A DNA stretch of 41,532 nucleotides from a virus (taxonomy: Duplodnaviria; Caudoviricetes): positions 1-41,532 of the IMG/VR virus record IMGVR_UViG_3300033568_000036; one strand, written 5' to 3'. Positions 15,768-23,820 of the stretch are shown in pieces (the stretch's first letter is position 1; every line of letters begins with the position of its first letter). The position numbers were made by a program, and so were the translations under genes. The notes under the pieces were generated by a model, which did not search any database, was not told the DNA's origin, and saw only the letters and a program-made list of their open reading frames with translations.

Positions 15768-15983
15768 TCATGCGGCGTCCTGCCCCTCGGTCGGCGGCTC
15801 CCAGATGTCCGGGCGCAGTTCCCAGCGCTTGATCGCGCCGTCCGTGGCGGACTCGATCCGCTTGGCGAGGATGTGCCCCGGGCGCGTATCGCCACGGAGA
15901 ACCGCATGAATATGCGAATAGTCCGCGCTCAGCGCGTTTGCCAGAGCTTGGATATTGGGGATCCTGCCCCTGAAGTCGGCCAT
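15768..15983 (-). CDS. cro: Cro/YdaS-like repressor
   Basis: HTH plus IESATDGAIKRWELRPD signature. Divergent from cI. Confidence 0.85.
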   Translation of the reverse strand: MADFRGRIPNIQALANALSADYSHIHAVLRGDTRPGHILAKRIESATDGAIKRWELRPDIWEPPTEGQDAA

Positions 15984-16018
15984 GGGCAAAGTATGGGATC
16001 AACGCCCATAGGATGCAA
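15984..16018 (-). promoter_or_regulatory. pR-like promoter (TTGCAT-N17-CATACT) containing operator TATGGG-N7-CCCATA
   Basis: -35 at 16018-16013, -10 at 15995-15990, 6 nt to the cro ATG. Operator at 15992-16010. Confidence 0.75.
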
Positions 16019-16064
16019 GGGGTTCCCAGATGTGTTTTTTGTGGGTACCCACCATGATTCACAC

Positions 16065-16472
16065 ATGGACTCGTGGGCTCATAGGCAGGCGTTCAAAGTC
16101 GCCGTGGCGGACTACCGGAAGTCCTCCGGGAAGCTGCTGAGGGAAATTGCCGTCCTCTTGGGCCTAAAGGAATCCACACTGAAGGATTACCTCTACCGGA
16201 CGGATGTGAAGCCATCCCTTGAGGTGCTCCAGCGGGCCTCCGCCCTGTTTCAGCGGTCCATCTTGGATTTCTTGGACGATCCTGGCGGCCAGATCCCGGG
16301 TCTTGACCAAGACAACATGTCCAACCTGAGTTCCGCCAAACGAGCGGTCATGAACATGCTTTTCCAGCGGGTGAAGCCCGAGGATGTGACGGACGAGGAG
16401 GCCCTGGAATACCTGAAGGCCCTCGATTATTTGGTTAGCCGGGGCAAGATCCGGAAGCCTCGATTCGATTGA
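16065..16472 (+). CDS. CI/ImmR-like XRE-family repressor
   Basis: LREIAVLLGLKESTLKDYL...KPSLEVLQR HTH with no S24 peptidase domain. Followed by immA. Confidence 0.85.
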   Translation: MDSWAHRQAFKVAVADYRKSSGKLLREIAVLLGLKESTLKDYLYRTDVKPSLEVLQRASALFQRSILDFLDDPGGQIPGLDQDNMSNLSSAKRAVMNMLFQRVKPEDVTDEEALEYLKALDYLVSRGKIRKPRFD

Positions 16473-16530
16473 CGACACCCATGGGCAGCGGGATCATGGC
16501 CGCCCCATAGAACGTCACCCCGGAGTCCGA

Positions 16531-16980
16531 ATGCAGCCCGCGTGGTATGGCCGACGATACCCGACGCTTGATGATTTGGAGCAGCTGGCACTCGACCTCG
16601 GCACTCCCGTGAGTTGGGGCAGATACAAGGCCCCAGCCTGCCTCTGGGACCTGGACGGCCCGCTGGTGATCTTCGTCCCGGCCTACACCGGCACCCTGGC
16701 CCGGGCCTGGGGCCTGGCGCACGAGCTGGGGCACCTCTGCCTGCACCACGGGCCCATCCACTACATGGCTGACAAACATGAGGCGGAGGCCGACACCTGG
16801 GCCGCCAGGGCGCTGATCCCTGATGATCGGGTCCGGCACCACGCCAATGCCAGCGTGGGCACCCTTATGGCCGCCCTCTGGCGCCACTATGAGGAGTTCC
16901 CCCCGGCGGACTGCCCTAAGCGCAGACTCGCGGGTAGGATTGCCAGAACAAGGCTTGGTTGCCTGGAGGCTACGGGATGA
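16531..16980 (+). CDS. ImmA/IrrE-family metallopeptidase (anti-repressor)
   Basis: LAHELGH and downstream HEAEADTWAARALIP. Confidence 0.88.
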   Translation: MQPAWYGRRYPTLDDLEQLALDLGTPVSWGRYKAPACLWDLDGPLVIFVPAYTGTLARAWGLAHELGHLCLHHGPIHYMADKHEAEADTWAARALIPDDRVRHHANASVGTLMAALWRHYEEFPPADCPKRRLAGRIARTRLGCLEATG

Positions 16981-17555
16981 ACGGACGTACACCGGTCCTG
17001 ATCTTCATCGGCTCGATCATGGTGGGGCTCGTCGGCGTCGGCCTAGTCGTCAAGAAGGTGGGCCCAGATCCCAAGCGCCGGCCCGAGGTGAAGGACCTGG
17101 GTGTCACCTATGCGGCCAAGCCTGCGGAGGCTGCCTCACCCTGGGAATACGACCAAGCCGAAGACCCCATGGGCCGGGGCACCAGGAAAAGCGCGATCAG
17201 CCGGAGCCTCAACACGGTGGAACTGGACTTCCCATACCGTGGCCCCCAGCACGCCAGCCTTGTCCTGCGCCGGGATCACCAGGGGCTGAACATCATGGTG
17301 GAGATTGAGCGCGGCCAGATCCTGTTCGGCTACGATGGCACCCATGTGAACGTCCGGTTCGACCAGGGGAAGACCGCCATCTACTCCGTCAGCCGCCCGT
17401 CTGACCACTCCACCACCGTGATGTTCATCAGCTCAGAGGCAGCATTCATGGAAAGGCTCAGGCAGGCCAAGACCCTTCAGGTCGAGGTGCCCACTTTCCG
17501 GAACGGGAGTCCGGTGTTCACTTTTGACGTGGCGGGGCTGAAGACCGACTTCTAA
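16977..17555 (+). CDS. Membrane-anchored exported protein, candidate lysogenic conversion or exclusion factor
   Basis: N-terminal TM helix, then a beta-rich domain. Last gene of the cI operon. Confidence 0.65.
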   Translation: MNGRTPVLIFIGSIMVGLVGVGLVVKKVGPDPKRRPEVKDLGVTYAAKPAEAASPWEYDQAEDPMGRGTRKSAISRSLNTVELDFPYRGPQHASLVLRRDHQGLNIMVEIERGQILFGYDGTHVNVRFDQGKTAIYSVSRPSDHSTTVMFISSEAAFMERLRQAKTLQVEVPTFRNGSPVFTFDVAGLKTDF

Positions 17556-17580
17556 CAAGCCCTACTCCACCCTTTTCCAC

Positions 17581-17607
17581 GCCCCGGACCCCCGGGGCCT
17601 TTTTTTT
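17581..17607 (+). terminator. Intrinsic terminator ending the cI-immA operon
   Basis: GCCCCGG accc CCGGGGC c T8. Confidence 0.88.
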
Positions 17608-17619
17608 CGACACTTCCCC

Positions 17620-17647
17620 TTGACTATGGGAACAGCACCCATAGAAT
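17620..17647 (+). promoter_or_regulatory. pL-like promoter (TTGACT-N16-TAGAAT) with operator TATGGG-N7-CCCATA
   Basis: Near-consensus sigma70 hexamers. The operator at 17625-17643 matches the one at 15992-16010. Confidence 0.82.
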
Positions 17648-17690
17648 GTAATTCAAGCCCCAACACAGGGCGCCCCCAAGGACCCCACCC

Positions 17691-17870
17691 ATGCCCCTCA
17701 CCCCCCATATCCTGCGCCACCAGATCCGCGTTGATGGGCAACTGGTGAACGCTTTCTACGCCACAAAGGAAACCGCGCTCGGCCGAGTGGACATCGCGCG
17801 GCGTTGTGGCCGCGAGGCTGAGTACGCGGGCACCGTCACCCTCGCCACCCCGTTCCAGTCCAAGCCTTAG
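17691..17870 (+). CDS. 59-aa first gene of the pL operon (not in ORF track)
   Basis: AAGGA RBS. MPLTPHILRHQIRVDGQLVNAFYATKETALGRVDIARRCGREAEYAG... Confidence 0.6.
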   Translation: MPLTPHILRHQIRVDGQLVNAFYATKETALGRVDIARRCGREAEYAGTVTLATPFQSKP

Positions 17871-17944
17871 GCCTGCCCCCCAACATCCCTCCTACACCCC
17901 GCGCCACCCGGCGCCCCAGCCGCGGCCTGTCCGCTGGAGAGCAA

Positions 17945-18322
17945 ATGTCCTATGAAACGCCCCATCCCACTCCGCCCCCTGCCGCCCCCTCCGCCACCGG
18001 CAGTGCCTGCGAGGAAGGCAGCGTGAAGAACCTCCGCACCCCCCGCGCCCGCGACACCGAAACCATCGCCCTGGAACTTGTCACCGGCAACCACGCGCAG
18101 ATCATGGACATGCTGGGCCGCGACCCGCAGGGCGCCCCGGACGATGCGTGGGAGAGAGCGGCCACGCTCCTGCTGGAGTCCATGCACGGCTGCGTCACGG
18201 TGCTGACGGCTCGGAGGAATCGTTCGGAAGCCAACACCCTCCGGCCGCTGGTGAGCGCCACCATTCGCCCGGAGGAAACGCTGGCGCAGTATGCGGCGCG
18301 GGCTTTTGGGTATCCGGCATGA
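17945..18322 (+). CDS. Hypothetical protein
   Basis: GGAG RBS. ATGA-coupled to the next gene. Confidence 0.6.
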   Translation: MSYETPHPTPPPAAPSATGSACEEGSVKNLRTPRARDTETIALELVTGNHAQIMDMLGRDPQGAPDDAWERAATLLLESMHGCVTVLTARRNRSEANTLRPLVSATIRPEETLAQYAARAFGYPA

Positions 18323-18621
18323 GCGCGGCTCCCAACTTCATCCAAGCCGAGCGGTACATGATGACCGACGCCGGGCGCTGTGTTGGCGGCGACATTGGCG
18401 TGGCCCTCGCGCTCCAGGTCGCCTCCGTCATGCGCCACCGCTACGGGCTCAATGAGGCCGACTGGCTGCGCTACGCCAAGCCGTGGAACGCGGCGGGTGG
18501 ATCGCCCTTCACGCTCGACGGCCTGCGGGACATCTACAACAACGCGCCCCCCCCCATCAAATACAAGCGGAAGCCCAGGTTGGACCCTGGCCCTGCGCTG
18601 CCATTTGAAGAGTCCGCATGA
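18319..18621 (+). CDS. Stand-alone PriCT-like helical domain protein
   Basis: Aligns by eye to the helical domain of this phage's own primase (RYM, VA, L-x-E, WN, P-aromatic). Confidence 0.6.
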   Translation: MSAAPNFIQAERYMMTDAGRCVGGDIGVALALQVASVMRHRYGLNEADWLRYAKPWNAAGGSPFTLDGLRDIYNNAPPPIKYKRKPRLDPGPALPFEESA

Positions 18622-18788
18622 CCATCCCCACCCTCCAAGCCTTCGCCGCCAAGGGCGACCCCTACTGGCGCTGGCGCCTGATGGTGGCGCTCACACAAGG
18701 CCCCATCACCATCCTGCCCGTCCCGCACAGCCCCGGCGATGTCGGCCGGCGCGGCTGGCCCTGGCGGCCTGGGAATGTCGTTGGCTGA
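18618..18788 (+). CDS. 56-aa hypothetical protein (not in ORF track)
   Basis: ATGA-coupled. MTIPTLQAFAAKGDPYWRWRL... Confidence 0.45.
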   Translation: MTIPTLQAFAAKGDPYWRWRLMVALTQGPITILPVPHSPGDVGRRGWPWRPGNVVG

Positions 18789-18839
18789 CTTTCAAACCGT
18801 TTCAAACGCCGATTTTCAAACCGTACAAGGAGACCTCCC

Positions 18840-19946
18840 ATGAACATCCAATTCAAGAAGGCCACGCGCACCAAGATCGCCCTGAAGCTGGGCATCAGTG
18901 GCCCGTCTGGCAGCGGCAAGACCACCGCCGCGCTGCACCTCGCCCGGGGCCTCGTGGGACCCGAAGGCAAGATCGCCTTCCTCGACACGGAGAACGGCAG
19001 CGCCTCCGCCTACTCCAACCTCACGGACTTCGATGTCCTGGACATGAACCCGCCCTACCTCGTGGCGAAGTTCCTGGCCGCCCTGGAGGCTGCGGAACAG
19101 GCCGGCTACCAGGCGCTCGTGATCGACAGCGCCTCGCATGCCTGGACGGAGCTCCTGGCCAAGAAGGAGGCCCTGGACGCCCGGGGCGGAAATAGCTACG
19201 CCAACTGGGGCAGCATCACGAAGGAGTGGGAGCAGTTCCTGGCGGCCATCCGCAACGCCCGGCTCCATGTGATCTGCTGCCTGCGGTCCAAGCAGGACCA
19301 TGTGCAGGACAAGGACGCCAACGGTAAGACCACGATCCGCAAGGTCGGCTTCGCGCCGGTCGCGCGGGACGGCTTCGAGTACGAGCTGTTCACGGTCTTC
19401 GAACTGGCCATGGACCACCACGCGAAGGCGTCCAAGGACCGCACCGGGCTCTTTGAGGGCCGGCTGGAGACGATCACGGCGGCCACCGGTAAGGAACTGG
19501 CCGCATGGCTGGCCGGCGGCGGGGAGCCCGTGGCGGAGGAAGTGGCGCCTCCGGTGTTTGCTGCCCGCACCCCCCCCATCCCCGACAAGGACTACCAGAA
19601 GGCCGCCGCCCAGGAGTTCCAGAGACTCCAGGAGGAAGTGACGGCGGCGAAGGCCGCCCCCGGTGAAGAGGCCAGCGCCTTCGTGGACAGCCTGGAGCCG
19701 GAAACCTCCAGCCGCATCACCCTCGCGGAGTTCGCGGAAATGACGGACCTGTGCATCAAGAACAAGGTGCCCATCGACAAGCTCCAGCAGTACTGCCTCG
19801 CGCACAACTACCTGGAGGGCGTGACGATGAACACCCTCCTCCGCGCCAAGCTCGGCCCCCTCACCACGCTCATTTCGGACGCGACCAAGCGCCGCGCCTT
19901 GATGGCGGCGTTGGACAACCTCGCCACTTCCACCACTGCGGCCTAG
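18840..19946 (+). CDS. AAA_24/Sak4-like ATPase (recombination)
   Basis: GPSGSGKT, LDTENGS, VIDSASHAW, GFEYE and ASKDRT. AAGGAG RBS. Confidence 0.88.
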   Translation: MNIQFKKATRTKIALKLGISGPSGSGKTTAALHLARGLVGPEGKIAFLDTENGSASAYSNLTDFDVLDMNPPYLVAKFLAALEAAEQAGYQALVIDSASHAWTELLAKKEALDARGGNSYANWGSITKEWEQFLAAIRNARLHVICCLRSKQDHVQDKDANGKTTIRKVGFAPVARDGFEYELFTVFELAMDHHAKASKDRTGLFEGRLETITAATGKELAAWLAGGGEPVAEEVAPPVFAARTPPIPDKDYQKAAAQEFQRLQEEVTAAKAAPGEEASAFVDSLEPETSSRITLAEFAEMTDLCIKNKVPIDKLQQYCLAHNYLEGVTMNTLLRAKLGPLTTLISDATKRRALMAALDNLATSTTAA

Positions 19947-19973
19947 ACCGCCCAACCCCTTTTGGAGACCACC

Positions 19974-20378
19974 ATGTTCAACCTCCCCGGCAGCACCGCC
20001 CCCGAGTCCACCACCCCCCTCCCCGAGGGCACCCACAAGGTGCGCCTGACGGGGATCAAGATGGTCCAGTCCAACGGCAAGATCGTGGTGAACTACGCCG
20101 ATGCCAGCGGCCAGACCTTCGATGACTGGCTCGGCTTCAACACCGAAGGCCAGGCCAAGCGCTCCTACGCCTACCTGTGCCGCCTGCACGAGATCGCCGG
20201 CCTGCCCGTGCCGAAGGGCCAGGTGGATGATCAGGCCCTCCTGGCGGCCCTCGCCGAGGTGGACCTCTGGCTGAAGCTGGAGACCAACGATCGCGGCTAC
20301 CTCAACCTCGCGGACTTCCCGGTGGCTGTGGGCAACGCTCATGCGGCGGCTGTGGCTGGCGGGGAACCGCTGTTCTAG
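19974..20378 (+). CDS. Putative ssDNA-binding protein (DUF669-like)
   Basis: PLPEGTHKVRL at the N-terminus, C-terminal EPLF tip, position after Sak4. Confidence 0.65.
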   Translation: MFNLPGSTAPESTTPLPEGTHKVRLTGIKMVQSNGKIVVNYADASGQTFDDWLGFNTEGQAKRSYAYLCRLHEIAGLPVPKGQVDDQALLAALAEVDLWLKLETNDRGYLNLADFPVAVGNAHAAAVAGGEPLF

Positions 20379-20387
20379 GAGACGACG

Positions 20388-21185
20388 ATGCGACTTCAAG
20401 ACCTGGGCACCCGGAAAGACCTCTACATGATCGCCCCGGAGATCATTCACGAGGAAGAAGGATGGAATGTCCGGGCCGAGGGTGAGGATCTGGAGCAACA
20501 CATACAAACCCTCGCGGCTTCAATCCGTGAGATCGGCGTTCAAGAACCGCTCACGGTCTATCTTCGGGACGAGGAAGTGGTCCTGACCAACGGCCATTGC
20601 CGGCTGGCCGCCGTGAAGCGGCTCCTGGCGGAAGGGGTGGAGATCAAGGCGGTCCCGGTGCGTGTCGAGGCGAAGACCGCCAACGACGCGGACCGGGTGC
20701 TGTCCATGATCACCCGCAACAGCGGGCGACCCCTGAGCCCCATGGAACTGGCCGCCGTCTGCAAGCGCCTCGTGGCCTTCAATTGGACGCCCGCCACCAT
20801 CGCCGCGAAGACGGGCTATTCCGCTGGCTACATCAATCAGCTGCTCGGTCTGTCCGCAGCCCCTGCGGAGGTTCAGAGCATGGTGGCCGCTGGCCGCGTC
20901 TCAGCTTCATTAGCGGCCAAGGTGGTGCGCCAACATGGCAAGAACGCGCCGGAGACGCTCAAGAACGCGCTGGCCAAGGCAAACAAGCGCGGCAAGGCGA
21001 AGGCCACCGCCCAGGATCTGCCGAAAGCAGAGCTGGCCGGGGACACGCCGTTTGAGCAGTGGTTCGAGAGATACTGTGAGGTGAACGGCATTGCTTCAGA
21101 TGGGCAGTTTGCCGAGGAACTTCACGACCCCATGCGCGACGCCTTCCTGGCCGGCGTGGAGTCCACGGCGTGTGTGGCGGCGTAA
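20388..21185 (+). CDS. ParB-like N-terminal domain plus HTH protein
   Basis: LAASIREIGVQEPL, NGHCRLAA, N..RPLSPME and IAAKTGYS HTH. Confidence 0.85.
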   Translation: MRLQDLGTRKDLYMIAPEIIHEEEGWNVRAEGEDLEQHIQTLAASIREIGVQEPLTVYLRDEEVVLTNGHCRLAAVKRLLAEGVEIKAVPVRVEAKTANDADRVLSMITRNSGRPLSPMELAAVCKRLVAFNWTPATIAAKTGYSAGYINQLLGLSAAPAEVQSMVAAGRVSASLAAKVVRQHGKNAPETLKNALAKANKRGKAKATAQDLPKAELAGDTPFEQWFERYCEVNGIASDGQFAEELHDPMRDAFLAGVESTACVAA

Positions 21186-21562
21186 TGTCCCACCAAAACA
21201 CCACCCGCGCCTACCACCGGCAAAGACGGCGAGCGGCCAAGGCCGCAGGCCTCTGCATGGTCTGCCAGCGCACCCCCGCAGTGGAAGGCCTAACGAGCTG
21301 CCAGCCCTGCCGTGAGCGCGTGAATGCGCTCCAGCGGGCTCGGCAGGCCCGGCTCCGCTCGATCCATCGCCGCCTGGGCGTCTGCCTGGGCTGCAACACC
21401 CGCCAGGCCATGCCCGGCATGACCATCTGCGGCTACTGCTCGGAACAGCGGCAGGAGCTGCGGGAGGCGCATCGGGCGAAGGGCCTCTGCGTGGACTGCT
21501 CGCGGGAGGCCGTTGAGGGAATCACGCGGTGCGCGGTGCATCGGGGGCGGAGGGCGGCATGA
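21185..21562 (+). CDS. Basic protein with three GxCxxC...CxxC/H zinc-finger-like repeats
   Basis: GLCMVC..CQPC, GVCLGC..CGYC, GLCVDC..CAVH. Confidence 0.75.
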   Translation: MSHQNTTRAYHRQRRRAAKAAGLCMVCQRTPAVEGLTSCQPCRERVNALQRARQARLRSIHRRLGVCLGCNTRQAMPGMTICGYCSEQRQELREAHRAKGLCVDCSREAVEGITRCAVHRGRRAA

Positions 21563-22122
21563 GCAACCAAAGGAGAGAAGGGATGAAAGTCAGCAACGAT
21601 ACCCGAGACAGACTGCGCCAGGCTTGCTACTCATACACGCGCCAGTGCGGTGTTGAGCCCGCGCTTATTAGCTGGGTGATGACCGTGACAGAGATCCTCG
21701 CCGCCCCATCCGGTGACGAGGTGACCTACGCTTCACTGAAGGACGATGCCCCCCACGCCCTGAATTGCGAGTGCTTCTCGTGCGATGTGGAACGGGCGGG
21801 GGTTGACGCCGAACTAAACTCTCCGGAAATCCCGGATAGTTGCGGCATCCCCCCCGCCGCCTCGCTCGCCGAACACGACCGGAAGGTACTGGAAGAGGCG
21901 TGGGAGAGGTTCAAAGCATCCTTGGGCACCACTGACGGAAGGCCCAATGAGTTGCGGCTTGTTTTCAGGCCCGGCCTTAAAAACGGCTATGACTACCCGC
22001 AGACGCTTTACGCGGACATTCCCGTGGAGTTCTTCAAGCCCGCCATCCTCAACCAAGATACCGAAGGGAGTACCGCCCCCGAAGCCGACACGATCGGGGA
22101 GGCTAACAATGATGCCCGATGA
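21559..22122 (+). CDS. Hypothetical protein
   Basis: ATGA-coupled, lower GC, HxxxCxCxxC motif. Confidence 0.6.
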   Translation: MSNQRREGMKVSNDTRDRLRQACYSYTRQCGVEPALISWVMTVTEILAAPSGDEVTYASLKDDAPHALNCECFSCDVERAGVDAELNSPEIPDSCGIPPAASLAEHDRKVLEEAWERFKASLGTTDGRPNELRLVFRPGLKNGYDYPQTLYADIPVEFFKPAILNQDTEGSTAPEADTIGEANNDAR

Positions 22123-22405
22123 ATACCCCGTGAATCTTCGGAACGAGCTAAACCAGCGCAGAATCCTGCGAGAACTTGAAGCAGAACGAATCCGTCAGGA
22201 TGCGAAGTGGGGCGGCCCTGGACACGATGACGCGCATGACCCGCGCTTTTTCATCCAACTGATCGAGGACTACGCCGGTTGGTCCCGCGTGATGTTCGGC
22301 ATGGGAAGCGCGGACAAGGGGCGCAGGCGCTTGCTCCAGGTGGCTGCGTTGGCCGTGGCTGCCATTGAGTCCCTGGATCGCACGGCGCAGAAAGGCGGGG
22401 AGTGA
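22109..22405 (+). CDS. MazG-like all-alpha fold protein, possibly degenerate
   Basis: ERIRQDAKWG...LLQVAALAVAAIESLDR. GGAGG RBS. Confidence 0.6.
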   Translation: MMPDEYPVNLRNELNQRRILRELEAERIRQDAKWGGPGHDDAHDPRFFIQLIEDYAGWSRVMFGMGSADKGRRRLLQVAALAVAAIESLDRTAQKGGE

Positions 22406-22743
22406 TGCCCTGTAATTGCGGAGGACGCGACCCCAATTGCCCCGAGTGCATGCCGGGGTACAACCCTAATCCGTGGGATTCCATTGAATCACTGAAGGAG
22501 AAGGACGCCACCATCACCGCCCTCCGCGCCCAACTAGAGGACGCCGACGCCCAGATCAGCAAGCAAGACGCGCTGCTCAAGGAGTGGGCTAGCGGGAAGC
22601 GTGTTACCGCCCTCCGCGCTGCGCTGAGGATGACGAGGGGTGCGCTGGTAAGGGGCTACCGAACCGACTGCAACGGGCGCAACTGCGGGGAGTGCTCCCA
22701 TTGCGCCATCACCGCAGCCAACGTGCTGCTGGATAAGGAGTAG
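22402..22743 (+). CDS. Mosaic accessory protein (coiled coil plus Cys clusters)
   Basis: ITALRA and VTALRA units. C-terminal CxxxxCxxCxxC. Confidence 0.6.
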   Translation: MMPCNCGGRDPNCPECMPGYNPNPWDSIESLKEKDATITALRAQLEDADAQISKQDALLKEWASGKRVTALRAALRMTRGALVRGYRTDCNGRNCGECSHCAITAANVLLDKE

Positions 22744-22745
22744 AA

Positions 22746-23018
22746 ATGAGTGAACCCGATTTTAAATACGATCCGCCCCCAATGCCCATCGTGCGGGACA
22801 TGGTTTGCATCAGCAGGATTGAATACAACAAGCTCCGCGCCCTGGCGAACACGCTGGGGGAGCAGTTGGAATCCGCGATGTACAGGCATGTTGACCGAGG
22901 GCAAGAAACGAGGGGGTGCAACTGGTGCGAAATGCGGAATGGGGAGCATTGGAATAGTTGTCCCTATGGAACCACCCTCGCCGCGTTCGAGGCGGCGAAG
23001 AAGGAGGGGATTCTGTGA
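22746..23018 (+). CDS. Mosaic accessory protein
   Basis: AAGGAG RBS. LRALANTLGE plus CxxC...HxxxC. Confidence 0.65.
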   Translation: MSEPDFKYDPPPMPIVRDMVCISRIEYNKLRALANTLGEQLESAMYRHVDRGQETRGCNWCEMRNGEHWNSCPYGTTLAAFEAAKKEGIL

Positions 23019-23329
23019 CCCGCTTCGATGAAGAACCCGAGGACCTGCACGGCGAGTGCCGCGCCGAGATAGCGCGTCTGCGAGAGGAGCTAACTGCGTG
23101 GGAAGAACGAGAGGCATCGGTATGCCCCGAGGATGTAGGGTTCGTGGAATACATCGGGAGACTCACCGCCCAGCGTGACGCCGTGCTTGCGCGATCAATA
23201 AAACTGGAAGAACTGATTATCTGGATGAGTGGGAGCAGCGACTTTAGCCCCGGCGGTCAAGCGCACGAGGGTTGGTTAAAAGCGCAGTACCTCCTATCCA
23301 CCACCTGTGATGAAGGGACAAAGCCATGA
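23015..23329 (+). CDS. Hypothetical coiled-coil protein
   Basis: GTGA-coupled with AAGGAGG RBS. Confidence 0.6.
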   Translation: MTRFDEEPEDLHGECRAEIARLREELTAWEEREASVCPEDVGFVEYIGRLTAQRDAVLARSIKLEELIIWMSGSSDFSPGGQAHEGWLKAQYLLSTTCDEGTKP

Positions 23330-23820
23330 CTGATTTCAAGCGCGAAGCCAGATATCTAGTTCTGAAATGGAAGGATGCCGAGATGTACCTTTCTTCGGAA
23401 GAGACGGAAACCCTGCTGGCGTTGAGTTCAAAACTCAACAGGTGCCGCGATGCGGATGGTAGGGTGCCGTTTAATTCGGTTGTGGTGGAGCAAGATTGGC
23501 CCGAGTTTGAGCCAACTTGGGCTGCTATCGAGGCGAGAATGTCTGGTATGCCTTCTCCGCTCGACATTCTCCGCGCTCTCGCCTGCCGCTGGTACAAGGC
23601 GGACGGTTCCTTTGAGGTGCTGCCCGCCGAGGAGGTCATCGCCAAGCGCAAAGCTGCCGCAGTAGAGATCACCGCCCTCCGCGCCCTGGCGAACACGCTG
23701 GGGGAGGCGCTGAAGGAGGGTGAATGCCGCTGTGACAAGCATTCGGTGAACTATGGCCGCTACGGAGAGCGTTGCCGCCGTTGCACCGCCCTCGCCGCCC
23801 TGGACCGGGAGGGGACGTGA
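23326..23820 (+). CDS. Mosaic accessory protein
   Basis: FKREARYLVLKWKD...VVVEQDWPEFEPTWAAIEARM N-terminal domain, then ITALRALANTLGE and CxC...CxxC. Confidence 0.7.
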   Translation: MTDFKREARYLVLKWKDAEMYLSSEETETLLALSSKLNRCRDADGRVPFNSVVVEQDWPEFEPTWAAIEARMSGMPSPLDILRALACRWYKADGSFEVLPAEEVIAKRKAAAVEITALRALANTLGEALKEGECRCDKHSVNYGRYGERCRRCTALAALDREGT

